Shown here piece by piece: positions 36,968 through 50,279 of a stretch of 64,000 nt of DNA (its first letter is position 1; each line of letters starts with the position of its first letter). The DNA is from Acanthaster planci. Its lineage: Eukaryota. A program made the position numbers and the translations under genes. The notes beneath the pieces are model-generated. The model worked only from the letters and a program-made list of their open reading frames with translations. It ran no database searches and was not told the origin of the DNA. Location: positions 678,137 through 742,136 of the forward strand of contig NW_019091360.1 in NCBI RefSeq assembly GCF_001949145.1. The letters are read 5' to 3'.

Positions 36968-39900
36968 ATGCTTAATGCTGATCGCGAAGCTCGGCGGGCA
37001 ATAAGGCGAGAGAGAATATTTAGAGACAGGAGAAATCCACTAGATCCACTAGCTTGAATGTGAGGAAGTTTTCTGACGATATAAGTTCACGCGAGAAGGG
37101 ATATTTCGAGTTCTGGAAAGAGTAGAAAATGACTTGGGGCCGGACACCCGGGTAAGTAGGCTGTATTGTTGACGTCCTCGACGTGGTGCAGTGCGGCCCC
37201 TAACGTGGCGCACTTTCATCTTTCCTATAGAATGTTTTACAACAGCGATATTTTACCTCAAATTTCCCTACTATTATAACTTCATGAAATTTCCGATACT
37301 CTGATTGATGAATTTCGATTTTACCAAAGCAAACGTGCTACACAGTTCCGATTAAGTGCCATTTCCGCGAAATTCCGACAAGCAAAATAAAATCTGAAAT
37401 AATTGTACTCCCTCAAGGAAAAACGCGTAAAAATTTTCTTACGGACGAGTGGATGGGCATGTGGGTGAAAATAACGAAAATTGACCAACTTGAATTTCTT
37501 AAAGTTTAATGTGGGATCATCTGATGTTTGCCTGTTGCGCCACTTAAGTCATCTCAGCGGAACTGGAGCCCAATTTCTAGATTGGCGTATGGTACAGAAC
37601 AGCAGGAAATCATTGTTTCAGACCGTAAAAAAGAACCACTCTGAAAAGCACCGGTCAATTTGCCTACAGTTTCGTAAATTGGGAAAAGCTTTTCGGGATC
37701 AGCTGGGTGAAGCTTGAAATTGGACAATCCGAGTAGATTTGTTTCAGTAGTCAGTATCATTGATAAAAACAATTATTTCAAATGACCAAAATTCAGGTTT
37801 ACTTTTTGTTGGAATCATTGATTCCATTTTGATTCAGATCCAATTAAGTTAGATGCAATTAGAGTCAAATCTCATCATTTTTCTATTTAGTCTGACTTAA
37901 TCTGTTGTATCCATGCTTCCTTTCATGAAATATTACACAAAACGTAACACTTGTTTTAAATTCATAAACGTAAAACTTTTATTCAAAATTCAATTTAACG
38001 GACCCATGTAATGGATTTTTTTTTCGAGAATCCCAGACATTGCACATTTTTTTCAATTGACCCCTTTTCAATTTTTGTTTGGGCATTTATATCTAGCTTA
38101 AAAGGCCTTTGAGGTTCACGCCAATTCGAATTTACAAATTCAGTAGAATTCAGTGATGCAGATTAAGGTATGAAATATCAATCTTGCATAATAAGTGCAC
38201 CAAAATCTCTTTTTCTACTTGACAATTAAAATATTCCATTTTCCTTTGGCATTTAAGTAAATGGAAATTAGCAACCTTTTCTCAGAAATGTTTTCAAAGG
38301 GCATACTCTAGGTTCAACATTTTATACATGAAATAATGTCCACTGGCAGCAGTCAAATTTCTTTGAAGTAAAGAAGTGCTGTTTCGATGACAGACTTGCA
38401 TTCTGAAGGAAGTCAACACATCTATGAGAAAGACTTGCTCATGCTTCAGAGCCCATCCACAGAGAATATTGACATTGTGTAGCTGCTTTTGAGACTTCTT
38501 CTCCAAGTGCACAGTCTGCATGGGAAGTTAGTGGTAATATGCATTAAAAATAAACAATGAAATATGCTAAAATCACAGAAATAACTAAGCAATGAAAGTC
38601 ATTAAGTGAAACCCACAGCTGTGTGCACAGCCTTGGGTTTTAGTGGTAAAAAGATTTGGAGCAAATCTTCAGCGTTTCCCTTCGATGTTCCTACAATTTA
38701 CATGAATGAAATTCAAGTCAACAATGAAACAGAGCATACACTCGCCTTCTAGTCCTCAACATGGAGGCACCTTGGTGCAAGTAGACGCCAGTGATTCTTG
38801 AGCTTCAGTCCCACTCCTTGAGTAGGAACCATTACCTTCAGTAGGTGCTCATCATTTGCTTTCAACAGAAAGGCTTTCTCATCGAATTTACTTCCTGGAA
38901 GAAAAATGACAAAAAAAGTTAGCAATTATGCAGAAAATAGTGGGATTTGTTTGTCTTCACCCATGTACATGTACTAATGAGCAATTTTCTGGCAACCCAA
39001 CTGTACACTATTATACACATATGGACTTGCTATGAGGTCACTAGTGCACATCTATGACATCGAGGGATTGTTAATGACCAGACGAGGGTCCTATTTCCTG
39101 AAGCCAAAGCACTATCATTTCAGGCTTCGTCCTAACATTGTAAAATCATAAATTGCAATGGTCAACGGTACAGAAAAATAAATGAATCTATTGAAAAGGT
39201 AGATATTTCTGGACATTTTTCATTATACAGCAGAGCAATGCCATTTCACCACTGATGCAGCTTCTCACTACCCTGCAATTCTTCGGCACCGGTGCCTTTT
39301 ATACTGTTAAAGGGGATCTCCATGACATGAGTGTCCCCTCTGTATGCCGTATTGTTCATCGGGTTGCTAATTCCCTGGCCAGATTAACGGATTGACACAT
39401 ATGCTTCCCTGTCAACATGCAAGATGTGATGAGGACCAAGCAAGGATTTTTTGCTCTGGCAGGCTTTCCCGGGGTAGTTGATGCAATAGATTGTACCTAT
39501 GTAAGATTGTATGGAGCCCCACTTGGCAATGATGAGCCTCTATACGTGAACAGAAAAGGCTACCATAGCATAAACGTGCCAGTGGTGTGTGATGCATCAT
39601 TCAAAATGACAAATGTCGTCGCACGGTGGCCAGGCAGCACCCACGACAGTGCGATTCTGCATGGAAGTCGTCCGGGAGAAATGTTCGAAACTGGAAGGTT
39701 TGTTAGGTTTACCCACTTTTTATCACTTTGAAGTGATGGTATATCCATTACAAAGTTATAAAAAGGTGTTGATATCAAGTAACTCAATTTCACAAGAATT
39801 TCTTTTAAATAGGCTCCAAGGATTGCTGATAGGCGACACCAGCTATGATCTCTGACCATGGCTGATGACACTAATGACTGATCCGACAACAAATGCCGAG

Positions 39901-40639
39901 AGACAATACAACAGTTATGCTGCTAGTTTTCACGTGCATTTTCATGAAGCCAAAATGAATGTAATTCTTCTTATAACAAATTTAATTAACATGTAAAAAG
40001 TGACCATTTGTCCTTTATAGTGCAAGTGGGCTTTCATATCATTTTTTCTATGCTTGCAGCCAAAGTATTATCGCAAAAAGCACAATGAAAAATACATAAT
40101 TACTGCAAGAGAGAAATCGGGTGTATCGTTACATTCAACACCGACACCACTCATTTTTATTGTTCACTATTTACTTGCAAACAATATCAAGTCCAACTAC
40201 TGTTCGGCTTTACCAATAAATACCAGCAAAGGAAAATTTCTACCTTTGAAGATTATTAAGAGGGTACATACATCCCCACTTTCTGCATTTCTCTCCAAAG
40301 TCAAAGAATGACACAAATAATCAAAGGTACATGTACATGTAAAGCCTTTTGATTTCTTCCTTTGCTACAGGAGTCACAGAAGAGTTAGAGTGACTGTTGA
40401 ACAGGTGTTTGGTCAGTTGAAGTGGAAGTTTCCCTGTCTATCACTTGGACTTCATGTGGCCCCCCGCAGAGCCTGTCAGATCATCAGGGCATGTTGTGTA
40501 CAATATTGCAAAGGAGCTGAGAGAGCCTGAAATGGATGGGGAGCCAGTACAATACGAGGATGATGAGGGCATACCATATGATGGCCCAATCCAAGATGGC
40601 ACGATACAGAGAAGGAGAATAATTAATACTTACTTTTGA
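36968..40639 (+). pseudogene. Harbinger (HARBI1-like, DDE_Tnp_4) transposase pseudogene; 4 exons, ~36968-37151, 39231-39697, 39813-~39913 and 40371-40639
   Basis: Motifs RRERIFRDRRNPLD, QFFGTG, AGFPGVVDAIDCTYV, YVNRKGYHSIN, ARWPGSTHDS, LIGDTSY and RVTVEQVFGQLK include the D-D-E triad. In-frame stops and frameshifts are present. Confidence 0.92.
38300..38894 (-). pseudogene. Two SAM/SAMD3-like exons (38746-38894 and ~38300-38515) inside Harbinger transposase intron 1
   Basis: A TTTTTCTTCCAG acceptor is followed by SKFDEKAFLLKANDEHLLKVMVPTQGVGLKLKNHW (SAM-domain pattern). The second exon reads ...FLIDVLTSFRMQVCHRNSTSLLQRNL. Confidence 0.5.
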
Positions 40640-41200
40640 CAAATTAACATAATTTCTCTATTCTTCCCAGGCAGTTGTTCCCATCAAGAATTAGTAAACC
40701 CTTCTGTTTGTCTAATCCGTTGAGACTACATCCATTCTATTGAAGCAGTAATTAAATGGAAAGGAAAAGAACACCAACCACAACTGTTTTGTTTGTTCAA
40801 TGTTTGCAAATTTTTGTGTAAATCCAGGGTTGATATTCAGACTGTGTTACAGGCAGTAGAGATGCTTAATTATCAATGAGTTTTTGCACTCAAGAGAAAT
40901 AAGCTCCATTTAAGGTTATGTCAAACTTACAATTTCCATGTGCAGTAACATACAATGAGAGACTTTGGATACATGGTAGTGGCAGACAAAATGGCTCTTT
41001 TTCGTTTTGAAGTATGGGCATGCTCATGCAGTTCTTGACATGTACCTTAGTGCTGAGCATAACAAGGAATAACTGTTGAAAAGGGTCCATTTGTTTGCCC
41101 CCATCATGCATCTCAAAGCCTGTTTTTCAATGTAATAACTTGTTCTTATTATACCAATATAATTTGTTGTTATAATTTGCTTTTATTACATGACTGCTTC

Positions 41201-42783
41201 TTAAGTTTCTTTCTCTAATATGTCACTGACCAACAACTGAACATTGTGGCTTAGTTCACTTAGTGAAACTGAAATCTGCTAAGAAACTTTCAGCTGCTCC
41301 TTATCAACTTTGAGCCTCTCCTGCTCCAAACCAAGTTTCTGTTTCTCCCAGATGGAGTCCACCTTGTTCACTCTCTGTCCTCTAAATCCTGGTTTGTTTC
41401 TTCTGGAAGGTAGGGCTCTTTCAAGATGACCTCACCAAGGCTGATGGCTTCAAGTGACAAGGAAAAAAATGAACTCAAATATGAGTATTGAGATGTGTTA
41501 TCATGCATTACAGTCTATACCTGTCTCCTTCATCTTAGTAAATACTCGTGAATATGTAGTATACTCAATCAATTCAAATGAACACTACTGAAACAATTTC
41601 AGGCACCAATAACAATTATTGCCTCCAAAGACATAAGACACTCCAGTACCCATGTCGCTGGGGAGGGTGATAAATGAAAAAAGTTCCCTCTAAATAAAAG
41701 TCCTTTATAAATATGTAATATATCTATCTGCATATATCCCTACATAGAATGATTTTTTATTATAACTACTTACTATTCTCCATCATATCAAACATCACAT
41801 CCTCAATTAGGCCGTCATCCACTGATATTGATGCAACTGGAGATTCCCCCTCTTCTGGGGAAAGGATTCCATCCTTTGCCACGGGTGCAAGATCACCTAG
41901 CACGCTTTCCAGTGATTTGTTCACATCTGATTTTTCTCTTCCACCTGCAGACCATAAGATAATTTAGACTTGTCACAAACGTGAATGACCCTCATATGAT
42001 GAAAGCCAACATCCTTTACACTGTACATGTTAATTACAAATAGAATTATATAAAAGAAAGGCTATCTGTGCTTAACTTCAAGGAAGACTGTGTGAAAGAG
42101 GCACCATTTCCATTTGAAATTCTATAAAAAGAAATGTGTTTTTGTTCAAACATATTGTCAATGTACATGTACATAATTCAGAGCTCAGAATGTAAACTTT
42201 TTGACACGTTTAAAACTTTAGTACATTTAACCTAGGTCTATTAATTAGCAGGCCTAGGCGTACTTGGCCACTGTGCTATTACCTTATTTTCGATTCAATG
42301 GTTCTTTTCAGAACCACACGAAGAAACCAGAAAGCGATTTATTCCACGGTGTAGTCTACCCACAGCCTAAATGTACTTCTTAACCTTATTTTCATTAAAC
42401 AGAATATCCCATTGGCCTTCATCTGATTCTTCAACTTGGAGTAGCCCCTAGGCTACTTTACTTCTTCTTTCCCTTTGAAAAAACACCCTCCCAACTTGCC
42501 AAGCCAAATACATGTACGTACAATGCATAACTATCATAACTGGTGGAGTGGCCATGCATTCTATATAATAATTGAGCTCAGATGTTTAATGCTCCCAATA
42601 AAGAGTACGAAGTAGGCCAACAGATGTATGCACCTGTTCTGTTGCATTCTCTGCGGTATGACTGTGCTTGACTGGTAATGGTTTTCCTTATTTTTTTCCA
42701 AGGTCGCTCCACCCCTCCATTCTCTACCAGCACAAGTCCGGCCAGACGAACTTTTGCCGTGCATCTTTCACCCAATCAACCAT
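41201..42783 (-). pseudogene. Harbinger second gene (Myb/SANT-like DNA-binding protein) pseudogene; exons ~42634-42783, 41774-41944 and 41201-41447
   Basis: NGGVERPWKKIRK...SQAQSYRRECNRTG|GG resembles the MSANTD/Myb_DNA-bind_5 end. It has a coiled-coil-like tail (EKQKLGLEQERLKVDKEQLK), GT-AG junctions, and the expected position in the element. Confidence 0.65.
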
Positions 42784-43623
42784 CTTGAATTTACTTTGCA
42801 AAGCTACCAACGGCTGTTGCACGTATCGCAGAAAATATCTTTATCAAACACGACACAGCTGCGCACAGAACACAGGTCATCCTCGTCCAATAATGAGCAA
42901 AATATTTAACGATATTATGCATGCGTCTTGCCTAAGAAGCGTTTAGTGAAATCGATCCTAGGACGCATCTTAGCTAAGATCGATCTTATCGCAGGGACTC
43001 GTCCCAAGTTCTAAGATGAGTTGCAAGATAAGACGAGTTTCGTGAAACCGGCTGCAGGTTGGATTCATTGCATTGTGCCTAGTATGCCAGTTTTCCCTTT
43101 CGTAAACTCACAAGTGCGGTACCTGTCCAAATCTTCCATGCATCTAAAATCAGTCAGTACAGAGGTAAGGATGCATGTCCACACTTGATATACTAGGCAA
43201 GATATAGGACGGAGGGGTACCCCCCTTACCTGTCCAATCCCTACACACACTGTAGACTATTGTTACCTAACACACCCCCCCTTGAAGTCTGTAAAGAATT
43301 CCTGAGATTCTGATCAAACAATGACCAACACAAAGGCAGGGGGGGGGTTCTCTCCGTCCCATATCTTGCTTCAAATGTATAGTTGAAGCATCTGCAGCAA
43401 ATTGAGTCTATTCAGGTATTCAGGTATTTGGGGAGTTAAGAAGGTGAAAAAATTTGATGTCCGTAATGTCGCTATGGTTTAAAACTTGGACTTTAGTTAC
43501 AATTATGTAATAAAGCCATTGTCCAACCGGGGCTACCAAAAAATGTTATTTTACAGGCCTGAAAAAACAATCAAAAAAAATTTCTAGTTTTACTTCACAG
43601 TCTTGCAGTGGTATGCATTCTGC

Positions 43624-45649
43624 TTACTCTTTGCAGGAGCAGAAGACTCTGAAGTCCCTGATGGCCCTGCTCTTCACATTGCCTTTGATCCCATAAACCA
43701 CAGCCTCTAGGAATTCCCATGCCACGCAGCACTTGTCTTGATATTTCAGGTCACATGCGAAGTACGATTTAAAACACACATCCAGGGCCTCTTGATGATA
43801 ACACTCATTGCTGAGGTGAAACAGATGACCCTCCCAAAGCAAGGATGTAGGACTGAGACTGTGTATCTTTTAGGTACTGCTCCAAGCTTGAGTTTTCCTG
43901 GAGAAGTTCCAAACAAGGAGTTGGACCAAGTAAAGTATTTCAACATATATGTAAATAACACACATCAAAAGAATGTCAACAAGGAAAAGGGAATTCCAAT
44001 ATGCTTTCATAAAATCAGTGTCAGTCATTTGGGCATAAAGTTTCTCATGTTAAACTAGACAGATCTTTCATAAGGCTTTTCAAAACAAGCTAAAGGAGAA
44101 GTAAGTTCCCCTGGATGTGAGCTGAGGGCTTAGAAAGGAGCAAGATGGGCTAGATAAGGATTGATGCATAGCAAGTTTCACATGCAGTTGTATGGTTGTC
44201 CAGTTTCCAAAGTAGATTTATAAAAGGAGTGGTTCATAGCAGTACATGTTAAAACCGTGCTTGCTCTACCCTATTACCTCCCAACTGGAGGTTTTAAATG
44301 TGATAATTGTATGACGATTGTCGACGAGGCTGTCAACTTGACTTGTTCAATTGAAGGAGTTCTGCAAATTACACACTGGAAGTCCATGAAGGCTCTTGAT
44401 GACTCCGAGAGGTTAATTCAACCGCCTTTCCCCTTCCTCCTACCTGTAAAAGGGATCGGCAGAACAAGCACAGCCAAATTCTTCCTTTGCTCTGAAAAAA
44501 GAAAAATAAACTCTTTATCATATAACAGTGCCAATGGAAAATGATGCCATGCAATATCTCAAAGGGTGCACAAATCAAAAGGGTCAATGGACAATTAAAA
44601 AATTAACTTCACTATACAAGACGGCTTTCTTTACATCATCTGTCTCCATGAAAAATAACATGACAACATAAATTTACCTGATGTGAGATTCTTCAGCTCA
44701 ATATCCTGCTCTAACACCAATGACTCCCATGATGGACACGTCTTTGGACAGTATGTAAGCAGATGTTCTGACAGTGTAGGCCATTTACTGTAGAGGTTGT
44801 TGGCAGCATCAGGTTGCAGAATTGCAAAGTCGGATCTGTACAGAGATATTAATTATTACAAGAAATCTGCTTTACATTCAAGAACAGAGGCAGATCTGCT
44901 GTAAGCATTTTCAAAGATTTTCCACCCATTCCGTCTCTCAATCATTGTCTATAGTCCTGATACATATTGGTTTTTCATTAGATTTACATTCACAGGCCCA
45001 CTTTTCAAGTCATAACGTTCTAAAAGATAAATGATGGGCATAACCCACTTCCAAGCAATGCCACGTACATTTACATAGGCTAGACTTGGTCAACACAGCC
45101 TGGATTCCATGCCACATGTGTAAGCCTAGGCTAGGCAAGATAACAGGCCTAACATCAGGCCTATACAGTAAACCATATTACTAAATAGTGGTACTGAGCC
45201 AACTTTGAACTAGTGCAGCAGTGGTATACATGGTGTTTGGGTCTGCTACTCAAGAAGGAATATAGGCCTACCATGCTGACTGAATTCGAACAATAGTTGA
45301 AGGCACTGTGGAAATTGCATTTGGACCATTATGCAAATTCAGTCAAGTATGCAGGAAGCCCTAGCCAAGAGACTAGCGTAATTATCTTATTGTCACTGCT
45401 GGTCTGCGAGTATAAACGTGAACGAAATACTCGTACACTGCACACGGCCTATGCTATGCATGTCACGATGGTATCAACGCACAAATCCCGATACCGCGGT
45501 ACGCCTGGCCTACCTGCCCACATGACTTTCTCAAATAAGCAGAAGGCTTTCGTTCCAAGATGTAATCAAGTTGTCTAATTAAGACCAGATTTACCTTCAA
45601 ATGCGGACACCAAATGTGCGAATCCCCAATCGCTCAGAAGTTGCTGCAT
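43624..45649 (-). pseudogene. SAMD3-like accessory gene of the EnSpm element, pseudogene; exons 45595-45649, 44678-44835, 44373-44491 and 43624-43897
   Basis: MQQLLSDWGFAHLVSAFE (SAM N-terminus), SDFAILQPDAANNLYSKWP, RAFMDFQ and ALDVCFKSYFACDLKY...AWEFLEAVVYGI resemble SAMD3-like proteins of animal CMC/EnSpm elements. Stops and frameshifts are present. Confidence 0.7.
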
Positions 45650-46489
45650 GATTCCATATTGCAAACTTCAAGTTGAACGATGTCACGATGGCGGCGCAGC
45701 GGCGAGCGCATGTGGGGATACGGAGAAATTACCCTTAACTCGGTAATAATTTACATAACGGTGTATGCATTACATAACGTTTTGTAAATTATACGTAGTA
45801 TACAGTAAGAGTTTATCCAAATTTACATTACTTTTGTAAAATAAAAAAATTACATATAAAACATGAGAATTTAAGGTTACAAAACAAATACGTATTTGTT
45901 TTTGGCAAAATTTACTTAATTTATGTAATACTTTACCATTTTTTCTACATGAATTTTTTTTACTACTCATTCTGTGAGTGTACTCTGTACACGTACATGT
46001 TCATAACCCATAGAGACAACGCTTATTTAATACGAGCATGTATGCGCACAGTCAAGCAGACAAAAAACGGTGTTTCGTACAAGCAGACAACGTTTAGCGT
46101 GGAATTTTTCAACGACTAACCTCGTAAAATACCAAAGTGTAGAAGCATAAGTAGATTTCGGAGGATCTAAACACGACACCACGAACAACGTAAAATTTTC
46201 CTCCATTTGTAAGATTTTTAAATAAAGGTAAATCTCAGAGCATTATAAAAAAAGTGGATTTCACGGACCCTTTCTAACAACGAAGAAAATCTAAATTGCG
46301 AATTTTGCACTAATTTCAACAAATACGTTTTCTGATACAAAAATCTGGCATCACATTGAAGATTAACCCTTAATGCATTCATTTCAGGCATTTGTAATTT
46401 AAGAGTGACGAATTCTGGGCTTACACTTTACACAGGGGCTCAGTCTGCAGAATTCAATTTGTCTAGATTATCCTTAGTGTAAGAATGAA

Positions 46490-47105
46490 AATGTTTAAAG
46501 TTTTCAACTTTCGGACGAGCATGATTGGTCATTGGTATTGTTGTACAGACTTGAAATTGGTCTGTTAAATTAGAGATTACAACTACAGCGTCTGGAAGGG
46601 GCAAAATATTTGCATAGATATGATCATTTAAAGTAGCAGACTGACGAGATACCCTCGTGAGTGAGATAAATGAATGGGATACTGAAGTGTCTGTAAACAG
46701 AGTTATCGTTGTTATAGTCCAATAGGTTGATACTAATTTGTTTTCTTTGGATAAACGACGGGTTACATCACAGTGAAGTAGTTATATTTGCAGCTTGAGG
46801 TGGTTTTTATTATTACTCCAATTATTAAGTTTTTGAGAGGTTTTATTAATCTCGATAAAATGTGATTCAAGGGTGTCAGTAGTGTAACTAAGATCTTGCC
46901 TTATATTGTACCGAATATCAGATTGATTATATAAGGCAACACCCCTACCAAGTTGAGTTCTATTGAGTTTATACTCAGGCAAGATATGGACAGATGAAGA
47001 AACATCTTTAAGCTATGTTTCAGTTAGAGCAATAACATAGAATTCTTTCAGCGATTGAAGGAGTAATTTTAAGTTCTCAAAGTTTTTAGGCAGACTTCTG
47101 AATGG
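46490..47105 (-). mobile_element. Decayed non-LTR retrotransposon (CR1/L2-like) APE-endonuclease fragment
   Basis: RSLPKNFENLKLLL...VIALTET*L, GRGVALY, LESHFIEIN, INLLDY, TRVSRQSATLNDHIYAN and ISNLTDQF are APE motifs. The fragment is frameshifted. Confidence 0.8.
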
Positions 47106-49477
47106 CAGAGGTTGCATGCGACCAAACTACTAATAGAATCTTATTATTCATGTTATGATTTATCAATTTAGTATTACCTTTATCTAGTTATAACCCTTCT
47201 AATCTTAATAGAGCCTGAAAGTAAAAGGTCACGCAGCGAGCTTCCGGAACCCTCGCGCGGTCCTCCTATGGGGATTTTACGTTGGGCCGTCCTATCACGT
47301 TCGATAATTTTTGGAAGAATAATTCCTGACTGAAACCACCCCATGAAACACTCATGTTGGAATTTTCCCTTTGTCTTCCTCAAGTAATATTTGGAAAAGT
47401 TACATTGAGATAGGTAAAAAACGAATTTTCGTAACGACCTTTCACGTCCGGCGATATTGTACCTTGGTCTCCATGTTCATGCACGTTTGTTTTCACTGCC
47501 CGTGCTTACGTGAAAACGAGATTGTACAACGTTGCAGAGATTTACCTACTTGCAGTCGATGGGTTCCAGATCCCGTTGAGTTGACACACGCAGTTGTCAG
47601 CAAAGTTAGATAAAAGATTAGAATCTGCATGAAGTAGAATATTGCTTAAGGTTTACTACTTATGAATTACAAGAATGTTTAAAATATTTTGATCTCTTTG
47701 TATTTCGGTCGACCAGAAAATTTCAAGCCGTAAATATTCAACTGGGTACGAGACTGTCGCATTTCACTGTTCTACATGTATTTTAGATTTTCGGAAGTGA
47801 TGGGTCAATTTCTGGTAGGATATTTCTCTTTCAGGTCAGGTGATTTTTCAGTTTCTATAAATTGATATACTAGCAAATATTTTTAAAGTCCCTTTCCGAG
47901 TTGGTTTTTTAAGAAGTAACTGAAGGAAAAAAATATTACAAAATTCTAAAATCTTTGCACGTTATGTTTCCTATTCCAAGTGTTCTGGAAGCGAGCCATC
48001 AGGGGTCAACTTTCAGGCTCTAATGAAATTCGTTTTTCACCCATCTCCAGTTGACTTTTCCAGATAGTGAGTTTAAAAGTTTAAAACTTCGTCGTATAAA
48101 AGTTGATAAGCGTGGCCTGACAAAGAGATGAGTTAAAGTTGTGAACTGATACGGTCCCAATGATACTTGGATCGACGATGTTTTATTAGGTAAACACGGA
48201 CTAATATCATTAGACATCAGCGAGGAAGGCTGACTTTTGAAGACGGAGGGAAGACAAGCATGAAACATTTCGGGGTGATTTTAGTGAGTGGGATGTAGAC
48301 TAGGTGGTATAACTTCCTGAACTGTGGTCAAATTTGTGGCTATAAAAGTTATAGCCTAACTGAGTCTTGGGGTGGGGCAGTGCTGGTAAATTGACCACAA
48401 ACGGGAACTTCATTAGGATATTAATTACCAAGACATTAAACGGAGGTGGGATCAAGGATACGTGAGTGACCAATGACTAAATGACAAATTCTGGGCAATT
48501 ACTTGAGGAGGACAAAGGGAAAATTCGGACATGAGTGTTTCTTTGGGTGGTTTCAGTTAAATCATTCTACCCAGACTTGATAGCTTGGTCCTACGTAAAA
48601 TCCCCATAGTTGATGATCTGTCAAGACGTCGTAAAGATGAAAATCTTTTTATCTAATTTTTTTGCCAAATACTGTCCCTCCTGCCAAATTCTGTCCGTGT
48701 CTTCCCGTTCGTTCCTGACAAGTTTTTTCTTCAGTCTCCTGCACTCCATCCTGCACTGCGGAAATACATGCGTTTATTGACGTACCTGCACACATACCCA
48801 TGACTGCGCTCGTACACGATTTCGCACTGGACACTATTTGACACCTATGTCTGGCGTCTACTGCGCATGCTCATCGGACACAATGAGCATCCCGGCTGAC
48901 CATGGCCCAGTGGCTTATTACTCCACTAGGCTTGCTGAACGCCCTCCTCGCCCTCCCGCGGCCCTACTTGGCGGCACTGTTGGAAGAGAGAAAGTAGGTG
49001 TCCTGTTAATACGAAATTTGGATGAGAAAACCTCATTTTTGCCGTTTTTCGTTTACAAATGGAAAAATGATAACTAACATTTTTCCAGTTTCTCTGGTAG
49101 AAAACAACACTGAGCTTGAAATGTTTCTAATTTTTAAATTGAAATAAATGTTTGTTTGTATGTAAGCTTTTCGATAAACAGATAACTAAATAGACGTCAG
49201 AGAAGAAGAAAAATGTCATTGAGAAACAAAGTAATTTTTCGCAGTTCATTTTCAAAAACAAATTAATGAACAAAACAGAAGCATGGACCTGGTTATTATT
49301 CCTACCTCCATGCCAGCGGCTCATTGACCCACCCCGCGGTTTACCTATTCCAAATTTTAATCAAAATAAGACCCGTAAAGTAAAAATTTAAAAACAACTA
49401 GAGGGCGACAACCGTTCTGCAGCTATTATGTAAATGCCATGTAAACGTACAGGTGAGGCAAAATAATTATCACACTT

Positions 49478-49742
49478 TCTACATGTAGACGTGCGAGCAC
49501 ATGTACATGTACATGTACATACATGTACGTGCGTTTGTAAACATGTACATGTATAGAAGTAGAATGAGTGTTCATGTGTGGTGTGCACTTGCGTGTATGC
49601 ACGGAGTAAATACATGTACAGTACTGTGGATATTCGTACAATATTATACATGTACATTGTTGTACATGTACAGTACATGTACATGTACAGTAATCCACAT
49701 TAACTACATGTACATGTACACATACATGTACATGTGCATGCA
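49478..49742. repeat. Degenerate (TACATG)n microsatellite
   Basis: Tandem ATGTAC units, e.g. ACATGTACATGTACATGTACATAC and TACATGTACATGTACACATACATGTACATGTGCATG. Confidence 0.9.
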
Positions 49743-50279
49743 CACCGTACCTACCACAAAGCTAAAGTTATGATGGACACACATCATGCGTCACGCCACA
49801 CGTGACATGCACATATTAAGCCGGCCCACTACCACCATGCATCCAAAATACAATATTATCATATCATGAATATATACATTTTGGTATTTAAATCGACGGG
49901 TTTCTGTAATTGTATTCAGGGGCACTGAGCCGCATTGCGCACCTTGAAATGGCATTATTAATTCAATACTGTACCCCCCAAACGAGCGTACTAGGTTGTG
50001 TGCATACGTACGTATACATGTACATGCATGTGTACGTGAGGGCCATATAGTTGGACATCTCCAGTACTGCACATGGCGTCTGGGAAGCCAACAATACCGG
50101 CAAAATAGTGCCTTGTAATGTGGACCCTGATTATAAATTTCGGAATTAAAACAAAAGAGATAAACATAAATTTATTGCTTAAATATCGTAACTTATTAAT
50201 TACAGATTCTGTGAGCATTGTAATGCAGTACTAGAAATTTCTCGCAAAGCGTAATAATTCTTGCAATGATCCGCCCCAG

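Larger units (their letters stand above)
36779..43054 (+). mobile_element. Full-length but decayed PIF/Harbinger DNA transposon
   Basis: TIRs are CGGCCGGTTTCACGAA and TTCGTGAAACCGGCTG. A 3-bp CAG TSD lies at 36776-36778 and 43055-43057. Subterminal CTAAGATGCGTC/CCTAGGATCGATTTCAC motifs occur at both ends. The transposase and Myb/SANT-like genes are convergent. Confidence 0.92.
35732..45980 (-). mobile_element. Internally deleted CMC/EnSpm (CACTA-like) DNA transposon
   Basis: Termini CACACACAGAA (35732) and TTCTGTGAGTG (45980; reverse complement CACTCACAGAA) match at 10/11, with TA on both flanks. Both subterminal regions are AT-rich. The element truncates the repeat at 35327-35731 and carries a SAM/SAMD3-like gene relic. 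Weak transposase-like remnants lie at ~36560-36730 (IPDCAALIDF...KTDFYIEHF) and ~43060-43140. Confidence 0.6.
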
